32,000 nt of DNA. Source: Candidatus Borrarchaeota archaeon. GTDB taxonomy: Archaea; Asgardarchaeota; Sifarchaeia; Borrarchaeales; Borrarchaeaceae. The notes beneath the pieces were generated by a model. It saw only the letters and a list, made by a program, of their open reading frames with translations. It ran no database searches and had not been told where the DNA came from. The translations under genes were made by a program, and so were the position numbers. The DNA lies in assembly GCA_016840315.1 (NCBI GenBank), contig JAEOSO010000004.1, forward strand, positions 1 to 32,000, written 5' to 3'. Position 1 is the stretch's first letter. Each line of letters opens with the position of its first letter. Positions 1 to 8,184 of this stretch are shown one piece after another.

Positions 1-72
1 TTATTAATTTAAACAAACGCTACAAGTCTAAGCAAGCTTACATAAAAGTCCTTAATATTTAGGATCAATTAA

Positions 73-804
73 TCATAACGTTTCTCGAAGGGCGTTCACG
101 ATTTCCATTATTTCCTTTGCTTCATCTTTTGACGTAATTCCAACAGCTACTGCATCTATATTTTGTTGAAAAAGGAATTCAAGTGCCTCTTGAGGCGCAA
201 TTTCGCCTGCGGCTAATGGTTTCATCGCGATGATTTTTGTATTTGAACCATTTTCGCTTATAACTTTTAATAAACCTTCTAGATTATTTACGAACTTACC
301 TATTGCGTTTAGAGGCGTCATGAGATATTCAAGATCTAAATCGCTTTGAAGCAATTTTGGTAGTGTTTCGTTTGGGCTATGCGTTGCTGCGCCAGGGATT
401 GCAAATTCCCTTACTTGTTTAGCAAATCTTGCTAAGGTTTCAAAATCATTTGATATGAGAGCTTTATCAGTGATTGCTCCATGAGCAAGTATAACTTCCG
501 CTTTCATGTCTGCAAGATTCCATAGACTCTCTTGTATCTGTTGAGGAGGGACGGAGGCAATAATAGGAATATGTTGACCCGTCTTCTCTCGTGCAACGAA
601 AAGAGCATCTAATATCCTAGGATAAGCGATTGGCTGGACTCCATCAAATCCTAACTCAATTGCAACCATAAAAAGTCGCACCATGTTTTCAGGTTTGTTC
701 CAAAACGTTTCGTAATAAACTCTTGAGCGGCTATCGAACTGCCCTGCCCCCATAAACGGACTTGTTCCCATGTATACTTCTATTTTTTTCAAAAAAATCT
801 TCAT
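73..804 (-). CDS. Hypothetical alpha/beta (TIM-barrel-like, distantly aldo/keto-reductase-like) protein
   Basis: 243-aa ORF with ATG start. Alternating hydrophobic strand/helix pattern; N-terminal GTSPFMGAGQF and later KPLAAG resemble AKR-type barrels. No family recognised with certainty. Confidence 0.55.
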   Translation of the reverse strand: MKIFLKKIEVYMGTSPFMGAGQFDSRSRVYYETFWNKPENMVRLFMVAIELGFDGVQPIAYPRILDALFVAREKTGQHIPIIASVPPQQIQESLWNLADMKAEVILAHGAITDKALISNDFETLARFAKQVREFAIPGAATHSPNETLPKLLQSDLDLEYLMTPLNAIGKFVNNLEGLLKVISENGSNTKIIAMKPLAAGEIAPQEALEFLFQQNIDAVAVGITSKDEAKEIMEIVNALRETL

Positions 805-882
805 CCTTTAAATGATCTACAGGGTGAATAATTTGGAAATATCATTTCCCTCGGACTCTAGCACATACACCGCTTCAATATC

Positions 883-1248
883 CTATTTACTGTTTCGATG
901 ATTACATTTATACTTAGCAATCAAATCCTTTCTAGAGGAAAATCCCTGTTTTTTAGCAATTTCTTCTAATGCAAGACCTGCTTCCTGGCGAATATCGGGG
1001 CTTTTGTCCTTTTTTAACGCGTTAACTAATGGTTTTATTGCCCGAGTATCACCAATCTCCCCAAGTGCCCAGGCTGCCCAATCCCTAATATTTGACTCTT
1101 TTTCTTCGTCCAAAAGTGAAATTAAAGGAATAACCGCGGACTTAGCTTCTTTAATTGCACCTAATGCTCTTGCGGCTGCCCAACGCACGCCCCCACTCTT
1201 TGCACTCAAATTATCACATAAATAAGGTACTGCCTCTACAACTTTCAA
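883..1248 (-). CDS. HEAT (PBS-lyase type) repeat protein, C-terminal half of a gene split by an in-frame TAA
   Basis: Repeats VRWAAARALGAIK, IRDWAAWALGEIGDTRAIKPLVNAL, DIRQEAGLALEEI. Same frame as 1261..1629. The only start is the TTG chosen by the ORF caller, and no SD precedes it. Confidence 0.65.
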   Translation of the reverse strand: MKVVEAVPYLCDNLSAKSGGVRWAAARALGAIKEAKSAVIPLISLLDEEKESNIRDWAAWALGEIGDTRAIKPLVNALKKDKSPDIRQEAGLALEEIAKKQGFSSRKDLIAKYKCNHRNSK

Positions 1249-1260
1249 CTTTCCAAGGGC

Positions 1261-1629
1261 TTACGAAGCTTCTATTTTTACTTGTGGGTCTTTATCCCGT
1301 AGAAGTGAGATTAACACAGGAATTGTTGTTCTATCTCCAATTTTTCCCAGTGATTCAGCACATGCTTCCCTGACGTATGAATTCGTTTCTTCATTAATTG
1401 ATCTAATTAAGAAAGGAATCGCTCTTTTGTCTTTTATCTCTCCCAAAATTTCTGCAATCCTCCCTCTTACATACCACTTCTCATGTTGAAGTGCAACAAT
1501 CAATTGATCAATTGCATTCTTCCCTATTGAAATCAACTCATTAATGATCTCCGTATCTTGTTCGGTACTTAATGCATTAATTAATTCCTTTATCCTGTTA
1601 CTGGACATTTTTTCCACGCTGCTTAACAT
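1261..1629 (-). CDS. HEAT (PBS-lyase type) repeat protein, N-terminal half (ends at the in-frame TAA 1261..1263)
   Basis: ATG start at 1629. Repeats WYVRGRIAEILGEIKDKRAIPFLI and YVREACAESLGKIGDRTTIPVLISLL, then DPQVKIEAS followed by the stop. Confidence 0.7.
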   Translation of the reverse strand: MLSSVEKMSSNRIKELINALSTEQDTEIINELISIGKNAIDQLIVALQHEKWYVRGRIAEILGEIKDKRAIPFLIRSINEETNSYVREACAESLGKIGDRTTIPVLISLLRDKDPQVKIEAS

Positions 1630-1960
1630 TAGTACTGTTTCATTTATTTGACAAATTTTGAATGAGTAAATTAACGAACTAAAAACTCACAATCTTTTTT
1701 ATCAAGTTTGTAACAATAAAGCACATAAAACGTAAAATAATGATGAGGTTTCCATAAAATTTGTTTTCCTTACTTGCCACGTGATATTGGATAATGTGCC
1801 GTCATTAGAAGAGTTATGGAATTTTTTTCATTATTTACAAAGAAAACTTTTTAAATAAATCAAAAAATAGGAACAGGTACTAAATGTGTATAATCCTTAG
1901 TTAAGTTAGAATCACAATTATCCTAAGATCTATCGGTTCTTCTTACTTTACACTTGTTGG

Positions 1961-2434
1961 ATGGAATTTCAAATGCCCAATTTTAGATACTCAGTTTATG
2001 GTCTCGATCCAGATAGGACCGCCAAAGCGAGTGGCAGAGATGTAAGGATCCACCCGAAACACGCAAGAGAAGTGTGCCATGCACTTAAAGGAATGGATTT
2101 GGATGAGGCTAAGGAATTCCTCGAAGAAGTTATTGATATGCGGCGGATGGTGCCGCTCAAACGACACAAGAAGAAAAAGCCGCATCATAAGGGATTGCAT
2201 AAGTGGTTCGCCGGCGCGTATCCTGTGAAAGCCGCGAAAGCAATATTAGCAATTCTCGACAATGTAGAAGCAAATGCGGAATATAAAGGCTTAGATATCG
2301 ATCGGTGTAGGCTTATTCACATTACAGCACAACGCGCTATGAAAATGAAGAACTACATACCGCGCGCCTTTGGGCGCTCTTCACCATATTTCAAAACATT
2401 GACACACATTGAGGCTGTGGTCGAAGAACAGTAA
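1961..2434 (+). CDS. rpl22: 50S ribosomal protein uL22
   Basis: N-terminus YSVYGLDPDRTAKASGRDVRIHPKHAREVCHALKGM is typical of archaeal L22. Sits immediately upstream of uS3, as in the conserved cluster. ATG 1973 is an alternative start. Confidence 0.95.
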   Translation: MEFQMPNFRYSVYGLDPDRTAKASGRDVRIHPKHAREVCHALKGMDLDEAKEFLEEVIDMRRMVPLKRHKKKKPHHKGLHKWFAGAYPVKAAKAILAILDNVEANAEYKGLDIDRCRLIHITAQRAMKMKNYIPRAFGRSSPYFKTLTHIEAVVEEQ

Positions 2435-2522
2435 TAGTGAGGTTAGACAGCAAAAAATCCCGAAGTAAAAGCCTGGGGGGAAAAATATCCCAACGAAAAA
2501 CCATTTTATCGAAAAAGGCATT

Positions 2523-3191
2523 TTGCAAAATGATATTGATGAATACTTCAGAGACAAACTCGCACGTTCAGGATATAGTAAGCTTGAAATTCACAAGACG
2601 CCACTTGGCACTCGTGTCGTCATTTTTGCCGAGCGCCCTGGCATGGTAATTGGTCGTCGAGGTCGGAGTGTTAAAGCACTTACGATGGACCTTGAAAATC
2701 AGTTTAACCTCGAAAACCCGCAGATCGAGGTAAACCAGATTCCTGTGCCCGAGTTAAACGCGCAGGTTATGGTACAAAGAATCGCTAGCGGATTAATTAG
2801 AGGCATACATTTTAGGCGTGCAGGATATAGTGTCTTAAGACGAGTAATGAAAGCAGGAGCAAGAGGCGTGGAAATTACTATCAAAGGGAAAATTACAAGT
2901 CAACGGGCACGAACAGAAAAATTTAGAGAAGGTTTTGTGGCCAAATGTGGCGAACCCGCCTTGCTGTATGTTGACCACGCAACGGTTCACGTTCCGCGAA
3001 AAAGCGGCGTCCTTGGGGTCACCGTAAAAATTATGCTTCCCGAAGGCGTACTTCCCGACGAGGTTAAATTTATTCCAAGACCTGAACCTGAGGATGGTGA
3101 ACTAGGCGAAGAGGAACTTAAAGAGGCTATTGAAAGCCCAATTGATGAATTAATGGAAGAAGAACCTAAAACTGATAAGGAGTCTGCGTAA
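2523..3191 (+). CDS. rps3: 30S ribosomal protein uS3 (5' end unresolved; conserved N-terminal segment extends upstream to about 2490, possibly to GTG 2437)
   Basis: KH-domain signature KTPLGTRVVIFAERPGMVIGRRGRSVKALT, then GIHFRRAGYSVLRRVMKAGARGVEI. Acidic C-terminal tail. TTG 2523 is the first canonical start in frame, but it cuts off conserved residues (see finding). Confidence 0.9.
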   Translation: MQNDIDEYFRDKLARSGYSKLEIHKTPLGTRVVIFAERPGMVIGRRGRSVKALTMDLENQFNLENPQIEVNQIPVPELNAQVMVQRIASGLIRGIHFRRAGYSVLRRVMKAGARGVEITIKGKITSQRARTEKFREGFVAKCGEPALLYVDHATVHVPRKSGVLGVTVKIMLPEGVLPDEVKFIPRPEPEDGELGEEELKEAIESPIDELMEEEPKTDKESA

Positions 3192-3400
3192 TGGCAATAT
3201 TACGATCAAAGGAAATTCGAACAATGGAACCTTCCGCTAGGCTGAAAAAGTTAAATGAACTCCAAGCTGAATATATGCAAAATAAAGCAAAGATGGCTAG
3301 TGGTGGGGCCTTAGAAAATCCAGGGCGAATAAAAGCATTAAGGAGAACCATCGCCCGCCTAATTACTATCATTAAAGAAGAAGAATCGAAAGCAAGATGA
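3191..3400 (+). CDS. rpl29: 50S ribosomal protein uL29
   Basis: 69 aa, MAILRSKEIRTM...LKKLNELQAEYMQNKAKMASGGALENPGRIKALRRTIARL. Its ATG overlaps the uS3 stop (TAATG). Confidence 0.92.
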   Translation: MAILRSKEIRTMEPSARLKKLNELQAEYMQNKAKMASGGALENPGRIKALRRTIARLITIIKEEESKAR

Positions 3401-3678
3401 AATCAAATCTTACTGTAAAGACACTACTTCGTCATGAATTAATTGGTCTAAAGATACAGATTGTAAAGTCCGCTCACAAAGACCTATGCGGTATAAGCGG
3501 CACAATTCGCGATGAAACTAAAAACACTGTAGTCCTCGAAAGAGACAATGGACGAATATCAATAATTCCAAAGGGATATTCTACGTTTCAGATTGAACTA
3601 TCAAATGGAACCAAGACCGAAGTCGATGGAAAACTATTGATTGGACGTCCTGAAGATCGTATTAAAAAAAGACGGTGA
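3397..3678 (+). CDS. rnp1: RNase P protein component 1 (Rpp29/Pop4 family)
   Basis: 93 aa. LLRHELIGLKIQIVKSAHKDLCGISGTIRDETKNTVVLE and the C-terminal GRPEDRIKK match the Rpp29 fold. Lies at the canonical archaeal position between uL29 and uS17, with an ATGA overlap with rpl29. Confidence 0.85.
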   Translation: MKSNLTVKTLLRHELIGLKIQIVKSAHKDLCGISGTIRDETKNTVVLERDNGRISIIPKGYSTFQIELSNGTKTEVDGKLLIGRPEDRIKKRR

Positions 3679-3684
3679 GAATAA

Positions 3685-4014
3685 ATGATAAGAAACATTG
3701 GACTAGATGTGATGCCCCCTAAGAGCATATGTGAGGATCATCATTGTCCATTTCATGGAACCGATCCAGTCCGTATCAGAGGACGGATATTTACAGGAAT
3801 TATTGAAAACGATAAGATGAATAATAGTGTTATTATTCGGCGAGATTATCTGAAATATTCGCGCAAATTCAACCGATATGAGCGCGCAAAGTCGCATATT
3901 CCCGCGCATAATCCACCTTGCATAGATGCAAAAAAAGGTGACAAAGTACGAATTGCGGAATGCCGACCAATCAGCAAAACAGTATCATTTGTCGTTGTAG
4001 AGAAACTGGAATAG
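3685..4014 (+). CDS. rps17: 30S ribosomal protein uS17
   Basis: CEDHHCPFHG...RGRIFTGIIENDKMNNSVIIRRDYLKYSRKFNRYERAKSHIPAHNPPC...GDKVRIAECRPISKTVSFVVVE. Confidence 0.95.
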   Translation: MIRNIGLDVMPPKSICEDHHCPFHGTDPVRIRGRIFTGIIENDKMNNSVIIRRDYLKYSRKFNRYERAKSHIPAHNPPCIDAKKGDKVRIAECRPISKTVSFVVVEKLE

Positions 4015-4041
4015 CCGTATGTCAAAAAGAGGAAGAGCCAT

Positions 4042-4464
4042 ATGTCAAAAAGAGGGCGAGCATCTGGCAGCGCTTATAAGGTGCGTGTTACAAAAGGTTT
4101 ACCAATAGGTGCTGTGATAAAATGTGCAGATAATTCTGGTGCAAAAATTCTGAAACTTATTGCGGTTATAGGATACGGTGGACGTTTGAGGCGTCTTGCT
4201 TCTGCAGGGGTTGGAGATATGGTGGTTGTCTCTGTAAAGAAGGGCACTCCTCAGATGCGACGACAGGTGATAAATGCCGTAATTATTCGACAAAAGAAAC
4301 CCTATAGACGATTTGATGGCACTTGGATTTACTTTGAAGATAATGCTGCAGTTGTTACTACACCAATAGGTGAACCTCGCGGAAGTGACATTAGAGGTCC
4401 TGTGGCAAAAGAGGCCGCCGAACGGTGGCCACGGATTGCTAGCACAGCAAGGATGATTATTTAA
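4042..4464 (+). CDS. rpl14: 50S ribosomal protein uL14
   Basis: [24 protein letters not shown]...[19 protein letters not shown]...[16 protein letters not shown] lies upstream. Confidence 0.95.
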   Translation: MSKRGRASGSAYKVRVTKGLPIGAVIKCADNSGAKILKLIAVIGYGGRLRRLASAGVGDMVVVSVKKGTPQMRRQVINAVIIRQKKPYRRFDGTWIYFEDNAAVVTTPIGEPRGSDIRGPVAKEAAERWPRIASTARMII

Positions 4465-4492
4465 TTACTTTGAGTGTAGGAGGCATCCAATC

Positions 4493-4870
4493 ATGCGAAT
4501 AAAATCAAAACAACCTAGAAAACAACGTAAAGCGCTGTTTAAAGCGCCTTTACATCAACGACAAAAACTTGTCTCCGTTCATTTAGCACCTGAATTACGA
4601 GAGGAATTTGGTATACGCTCCCTCCCTGTGCGAAAGGATGATACGGTAGTAATTATGCGTGGCGGTCTGAGAGAAGTCGAAGGAAAAGTCACCGAAGTTA
4701 ACCTAAAAACGATTCAAGTTTTTGTAGATGGTGCTACACGAGACAAAGCGGACGGTTCGACAATTAATATACCTTTTCACCCCTCAAATTTAATGATCAT
4801 CAAATTAAATTTATCTGATAAACGAAGAAAAGCAATTCTCAAGAGAAAAGCAATGGGAAGAGATATTTGA
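4493..4870 (+). CDS. rpl24: 50S ribosomal protein uL24 (KOW)
   Basis: KQPRKQRKALFKAPLHQRQKLVSVHLAPELREEFGIRSLPVRKDDTVVIMRGGLREVEGKV. SD AGGAGG upstream. Confidence 0.95.
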   Translation: MRIKSKQPRKQRKALFKAPLHQRQKLVSVHLAPELREEFGIRSLPVRKDDTVVIMRGGLREVEGKVTEVNLKTIQVFVDGATRDKADGSTINIPFHPSNLMIIKLNLSDKRRKAILKRKAMGRDI

Positions 4871-4892
4871 AGAATAAAGGTGAATGCTAAAA

Positions 4893-5648
4893 ATGGCACG
4901 AATGGGAAGTAAAAAGCATATAAAGAGGTTAGCTGCCCCTCGTCTGTGGCAGATTCATAGGAAAGAAAAAAAATGGGCTCCCCGAACACGTCCGGGTACA
5001 CATCCACTCCACAGATCTATTCCAATTCAAATCATTGTCCGCGATATGTTAGGTTATGCAAAAACTATTAGGGAAACTAAAAAAATTTTGACAGACGGTA
5101 ATGTTTTAGTTGATGGAATAATACGCAAAGATTTACGTTTTCCTGTCGGTTTAATGGATACGGTTGAAATCAAAAAAATACACAAGTTTTATCGTGTTTT
5201 GCCTCATCCGCGCAAGGAGCTTATCCTTACTGAAATTAGCGAAGAAGAGGCCGCGTTTAAGTTATGTCAAATTACAAATAAGGTTACAGTTAAGAGAGGC
5301 AATATCCAATTGAATCTTCATGATGGAAGAAATATTCTCATAAAAGTCTCTGATGCGCAAAATCCTGTAGAAGATGCTTACAAAACGCGAGACGCGCTAC
5401 AACTCGCTCTTCCAAACCAAGAGATTATTAATCACGTGACGTTTGAGGCAGACGTAGTTGCGATTATTCGAGGCGGAAAAAATGCGGGAGTAGTAGGGCG
5501 CATCAAAGAGATTGAGAAGAGAATCGGTTATCATACAAGCGTAGTAATGCTGGAAAACGCTCAGGGCGAATTGTTTGAGACTGCACTTGAATATGTCTTT
5601 CCTATTGGGGAAGAAGAACCGATAATTTCTTTGCCTCAGTACAGTTGA
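4893..5648 (+). CDS. rps4e: 30S ribosomal protein eS4
   Basis: MARMGSKKHIKRLAAPRLWQIHRKEKKW..P.PGTHP. ATG 4893 is preferred over ATG 4884 because the GGTGA SD ends at 4883. Confidence 0.95.
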   Translation: MARMGSKKHIKRLAAPRLWQIHRKEKKWAPRTRPGTHPLHRSIPIQIIVRDMLGYAKTIRETKKILTDGNVLVDGIIRKDLRFPVGLMDTVEIKKIHKFYRVLPHPRKELILTEISEEEAAFKLCQITNKVTVKRGNIQLNLHDGRNILIKVSDAQNPVEDAYKTRDALQLALPNQEIINHVTFEADVVAIIRGGKNAGVVGRIKEIEKRIGYHTSVVMLENAQGELFETALEYVFPIGEEEPIISLPQYS

Positions 5649-5675
5649 TTCTAAAAAATTCCAATGTGAGAACTC

Positions 5676-6257
5676 ATGTCAAGTCTTACAACTGAAGAAA
5701 AAGAACGATTGTTCAACGATTGGAAAGAATATCCTATGCGTAAACCAAGAATTGCAAAAGTCGTTGTGAACATGGGTGTAGGCAGATCAGGCGAGATTCT
5801 TGTCCGCGCTAGAACGGTTCTTGAGAGTCTAACCAGTCAAACACCCATTGACCTTACTGCGAAGCAGACTATTCGTGATTTCGGGATACGAAAAAATGAG
5901 CCAATCGCATGCAAGGTAACCTTGCGAGATAGAAAGGCACGCATATTCCTAGAAAAAGCAATAACGGCAGTAGATAATCAAATAGTTCGCAGTTCGTTCG
6001 ATAAGTTTGGTAATTTCTCTTTCGGAATTAAAGAGCATATTGATATTCCTGGAACTCAGTATGATCCCGATTTAGGAATATTTGGGATGGATGTATGTGT
6101 ATCTTTTGAACGACCTGGTTATAGAATTGCTCGACGACGAAGACAGCGTTGTTCTGTTCCTACGCGGCATAAACTTACAAAAACAGAAGTAAGACTTTTC
6201 ATAGAGAAAGAGTTCGATGTTGAAATCGTGGAAGAACGCAGAATAAAATTCTTTTAA
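5676..6257 (+). CDS. rpl5: 50S ribosomal protein uL5
   Basis: NPMRKPRIAKVVVNMGVG.SGE...DFGIRKNEPIACKVTLR...GNFSFGIKEHIDIPG..YDPDLGIFGMDVCV. Confidence 0.95.
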   Translation: MSSLTTEEKERLFNDWKEYPMRKPRIAKVVVNMGVGRSGEILVRARTVLESLTSQTPIDLTAKQTIRDFGIRKNEPIACKVTLRDRKARIFLEKAITAVDNQIVRSSFDKFGNFSFGIKEHIDIPGTQYDPDLGIFGMDVCVSFERPGYRIARRRRQRCSVPTRHKLTKTEVRLFIEKEFDVEIVEERRIKFF

Positions 6258-6272
6258 TGATGATAGAGGTGA

Positions 6273-6428
6273 ATGTGTTTGCCTGAGCGTGCAAAGTTTG
6301 GAAAGGGAAGTCGAAGATGTAGGCGTTGTGGCACTCATCGAGGTGTGATTAGATCTCACGGTATTATGATTTGCAGACGCTGCTTTAGAGAAATAGCCGA
6401 TAAACTTGGTTTCAAAAAATTTGGTTGA
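6273..6428 (+). CDS. rps14: 30S ribosomal protein uS14 (zinc-binding type); absent from the ORF track because it is under 60 aa
   Basis: Hand translation gives [51 protein letters not shown] then TGA, with the CxxC...CxxC motif. Canonical slot between uL5 and uS8. TTG 6279 is an alternative start with better spacing to the GAGGTGA SD. Confidence 0.9.
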   Translation: MCLPERAKFGKGSRRCRRCGTHRGVIRSHGIMICRRCFREIADKLGFKKFG

Positions 6429-6430
6429 GG

Positions 6431-6832
6431 ATGACGATAATGACTCTTATGGATACATTAGCAAATGCGATGTCCAATATATATAATCATGAACTCGTTG
6501 GCAAAAAAGAAGTTATTGTAAGACCTGCTTCTAAAGTAATAGCCGCCACATTACGAGTGCTCCAAAAAACTGGATATGTCGGCGAATTCGAGTTCGTGGA
6601 CGATGGAAGGGCTGGCATTTTCCGAGTACAACTGTTAGGACGCATAAATAAGTGCGGTGTGGTAAAACCTCGTTACCCAGTAAAGTATCGAGATTTCGAA
6701 AGATGGGAAAAACGATATCTTCCCGCTAGAGGATTTGGTATGCTTGTTGTGTCAACTCCTGAAGGTGTCATATCACATATGGATGCAAAAAACAAAAAAA
6801 CTGGCGGACGATTGCTCGCCTATGTTTATTAA
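6431..6832 (+). CDS. rps8: 30S ribosomal protein uS8
   Basis: [55 protein letters not shown]...[12 protein letters not shown] 6431 or 6440 is preferred to TTG 6425. Confidence 0.95.
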   Translation: MTIMTLMDTLANAMSNIYNHELVGKKEVIVRPASKVIAATLRVLQKTGYVGEFEFVDDGRAGIFRVQLLGRINKCGVVKPRYPVKYRDFERWEKRYLPARGFGMLVVSTPEGVISHMDAKNKKTGGRLLAYVY

Positions 6833-6878
6833 ATGATAAATGAAGGATTGCAATGCATAGGGCTTCAGGTGGTTTACT

Positions 6879-7430
6879 ATGGTCAAATCTGCTCTCGTTG
6901 AAGAAAAAATCGACATTCCAGAAAATGTTAATGTAGATGTGGAAAAATCTATCGTGGTAGTCAAAGGTCCAAAAGGCGAATTGAAACGAGATTTTAGCCA
7001 TGCTCAAGTCTCAATCACAAAAGAGAACAATACCGTTAAAACATCAAACTATTTTCCACGGAAAAAAGAAAGAGCACTTGTAGGTACGATAACTTCACAC
7101 ATACGCAATATGATCAAGGGCGTCACGGACGGGTTCATCTACAAAATGAAAGTTGTCATTTCACACTTCCCTGTCACTGTTGAAGTTCAAGAGGCTAATA
7201 AAGTAGTTCTTATCAAGAATTTCACGGGCGAAAGATCCCCCAGAAAATCCAAGATTGTTGGTAATGAAACCTCCGTACGGATGGAAGACAAAGAGACATT
7301 GATCGTTGAGGGCATTAATATAGAAGATGTCGCTCAAACAGCTGCAAATATTCAACAAACTACTAAAATTAGAAAGAAGGACATTCGTGTTTTTATGGAC
7401 GGTATTTACGTCTTTGAGAAAATAAAGTAG
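6879..7430 (+). CDS. rpl6: 50S ribosomal protein uL6
   Basis: IDIPENVNVDVEKSIVVVKGPKGELKRDF...GTITSHIRNMIKGVTDGFIYKMKVV.SHFP. SD AGGTGG upstream. Confidence 0.95.
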   Translation: MVKSALVEEKIDIPENVNVDVEKSIVVVKGPKGELKRDFSHAQVSITKENNTVKTSNYFPRKKERALVGTITSHIRNMIKGVTDGFIYKMKVVISHFPVTVEVQEANKVVLIKNFTGERSPRKSKIVGNETSVRMEDKETLIVEGINIEDVAQTAANIQQTTKIRKKDIRVFMDGIYVFEKIK

Positions 7431-7558
7431 ACTGAAGTCCTATTGAAAATTCAAAAATTTCTGTTCTCGATTTGCTAGAACAAAACTTCTACAAATAAAG
7501 TACTTGTTTTTTGAGAATTTCTAAAATTATTATACAACTAAAACAAAAATAGATAGAT

Positions 7559-7966
7559 TTATCTGAGCGGGACAAACTGCGAACTCTTGGTTGCTCCAAC
7601 TCCGGGGTTGCCATGATTTACCCTTTTGCATGTCGGGGATAGCTCACCTAAATACATACCTATCATTTCAGGTCTGATTGTGACTTCAACAAAAATAAGC
7701 CCATTATAAATACCGAGATCAAAACCGACCATTTCAGGGAGCACGATCATGTCCCGATTGTGCGTCTTTATTAATACTTTCTTTCCTTTTTTCACAGCAC
7801 GTCTAGCTTTTCTCAAATTTTCCAATAATTTTTTCTGTCGAGGAGGAAGACCACGTAATAGAGATCGCCGCTGTCTTGCTGGCAGTAATTTAATGATTTC
7901 ATCCATTGACATTTTTTGTAATTGGTCCAAAGTATATCCTCTGTATGCAAAAACTTTTTTGGACAT
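7559..7966 (-). CDS. rps19: 30S ribosomal protein uS19
   Basis: [23 protein letters not shown]...RRSLLRGL...[56 protein letters not shown] 7966 is preceded by AAGGTGATCC. The ORF-track start 7975 is the GTG inside that SD. Confidence 0.95.
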   Translation of the reverse strand: MSKKVFAYRGYTLDQLQKMSMDEIIKLLPARQRRSLLRGLPPRQKKLLENLRKARRAVKKGKKVLIKTHNRDMIVLPEMVGFDLGIYNGLIFVEVTIRPEMIGMYLGELSPTCKRVNHGNPGVGATKSSQFVPLR

Positions 7967-8184
7967 CAGGATCACCTTGTTCTTATCCTAGAAAGGATAT
8001 AGTATCCTTTTAAGAATGTTTTGTTCGATTAATTTGTCTGTAATATTTGCAATTGAGTAAGAGAATGCTATGTGGAAACATGTAAGATCGATATGAGACA
8101 ACTTAAAAAATTCATGTATAGACTTTATAATTGGTTTAGGAGTTAAACTAGAATACCAAACAAAGTATCTAAGATGCTAAAGTG

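Noticed and set aside
1261-1263. Recoded stop (selenocysteine or pyrrolysine) in the HEAT-repeat gene
   Set aside because: The codon is TAA, not TGA or TAG, and no SECIS- or PYLIS-like context is evident.
1741-1746. C-box-like TGATGA motifs in intergenic spacers (also 19460..19466 and 23774..23779) as possible C/D-box sRNAs
   Set aside because: No D box (CTGA) or C'/D' pair sits at the required 10-12 nt guide spacing downstream, and there is no terminal stem.
2437-2649. 70-aa plus-strand ORF as an independent gene
   Set aside because: It overlaps uS3 out of frame, and its later part is a frame artefact. Only its first ~15 codons (GTG 2437 to the G6A5 run) may matter, as the possible true 5' end of rps3.
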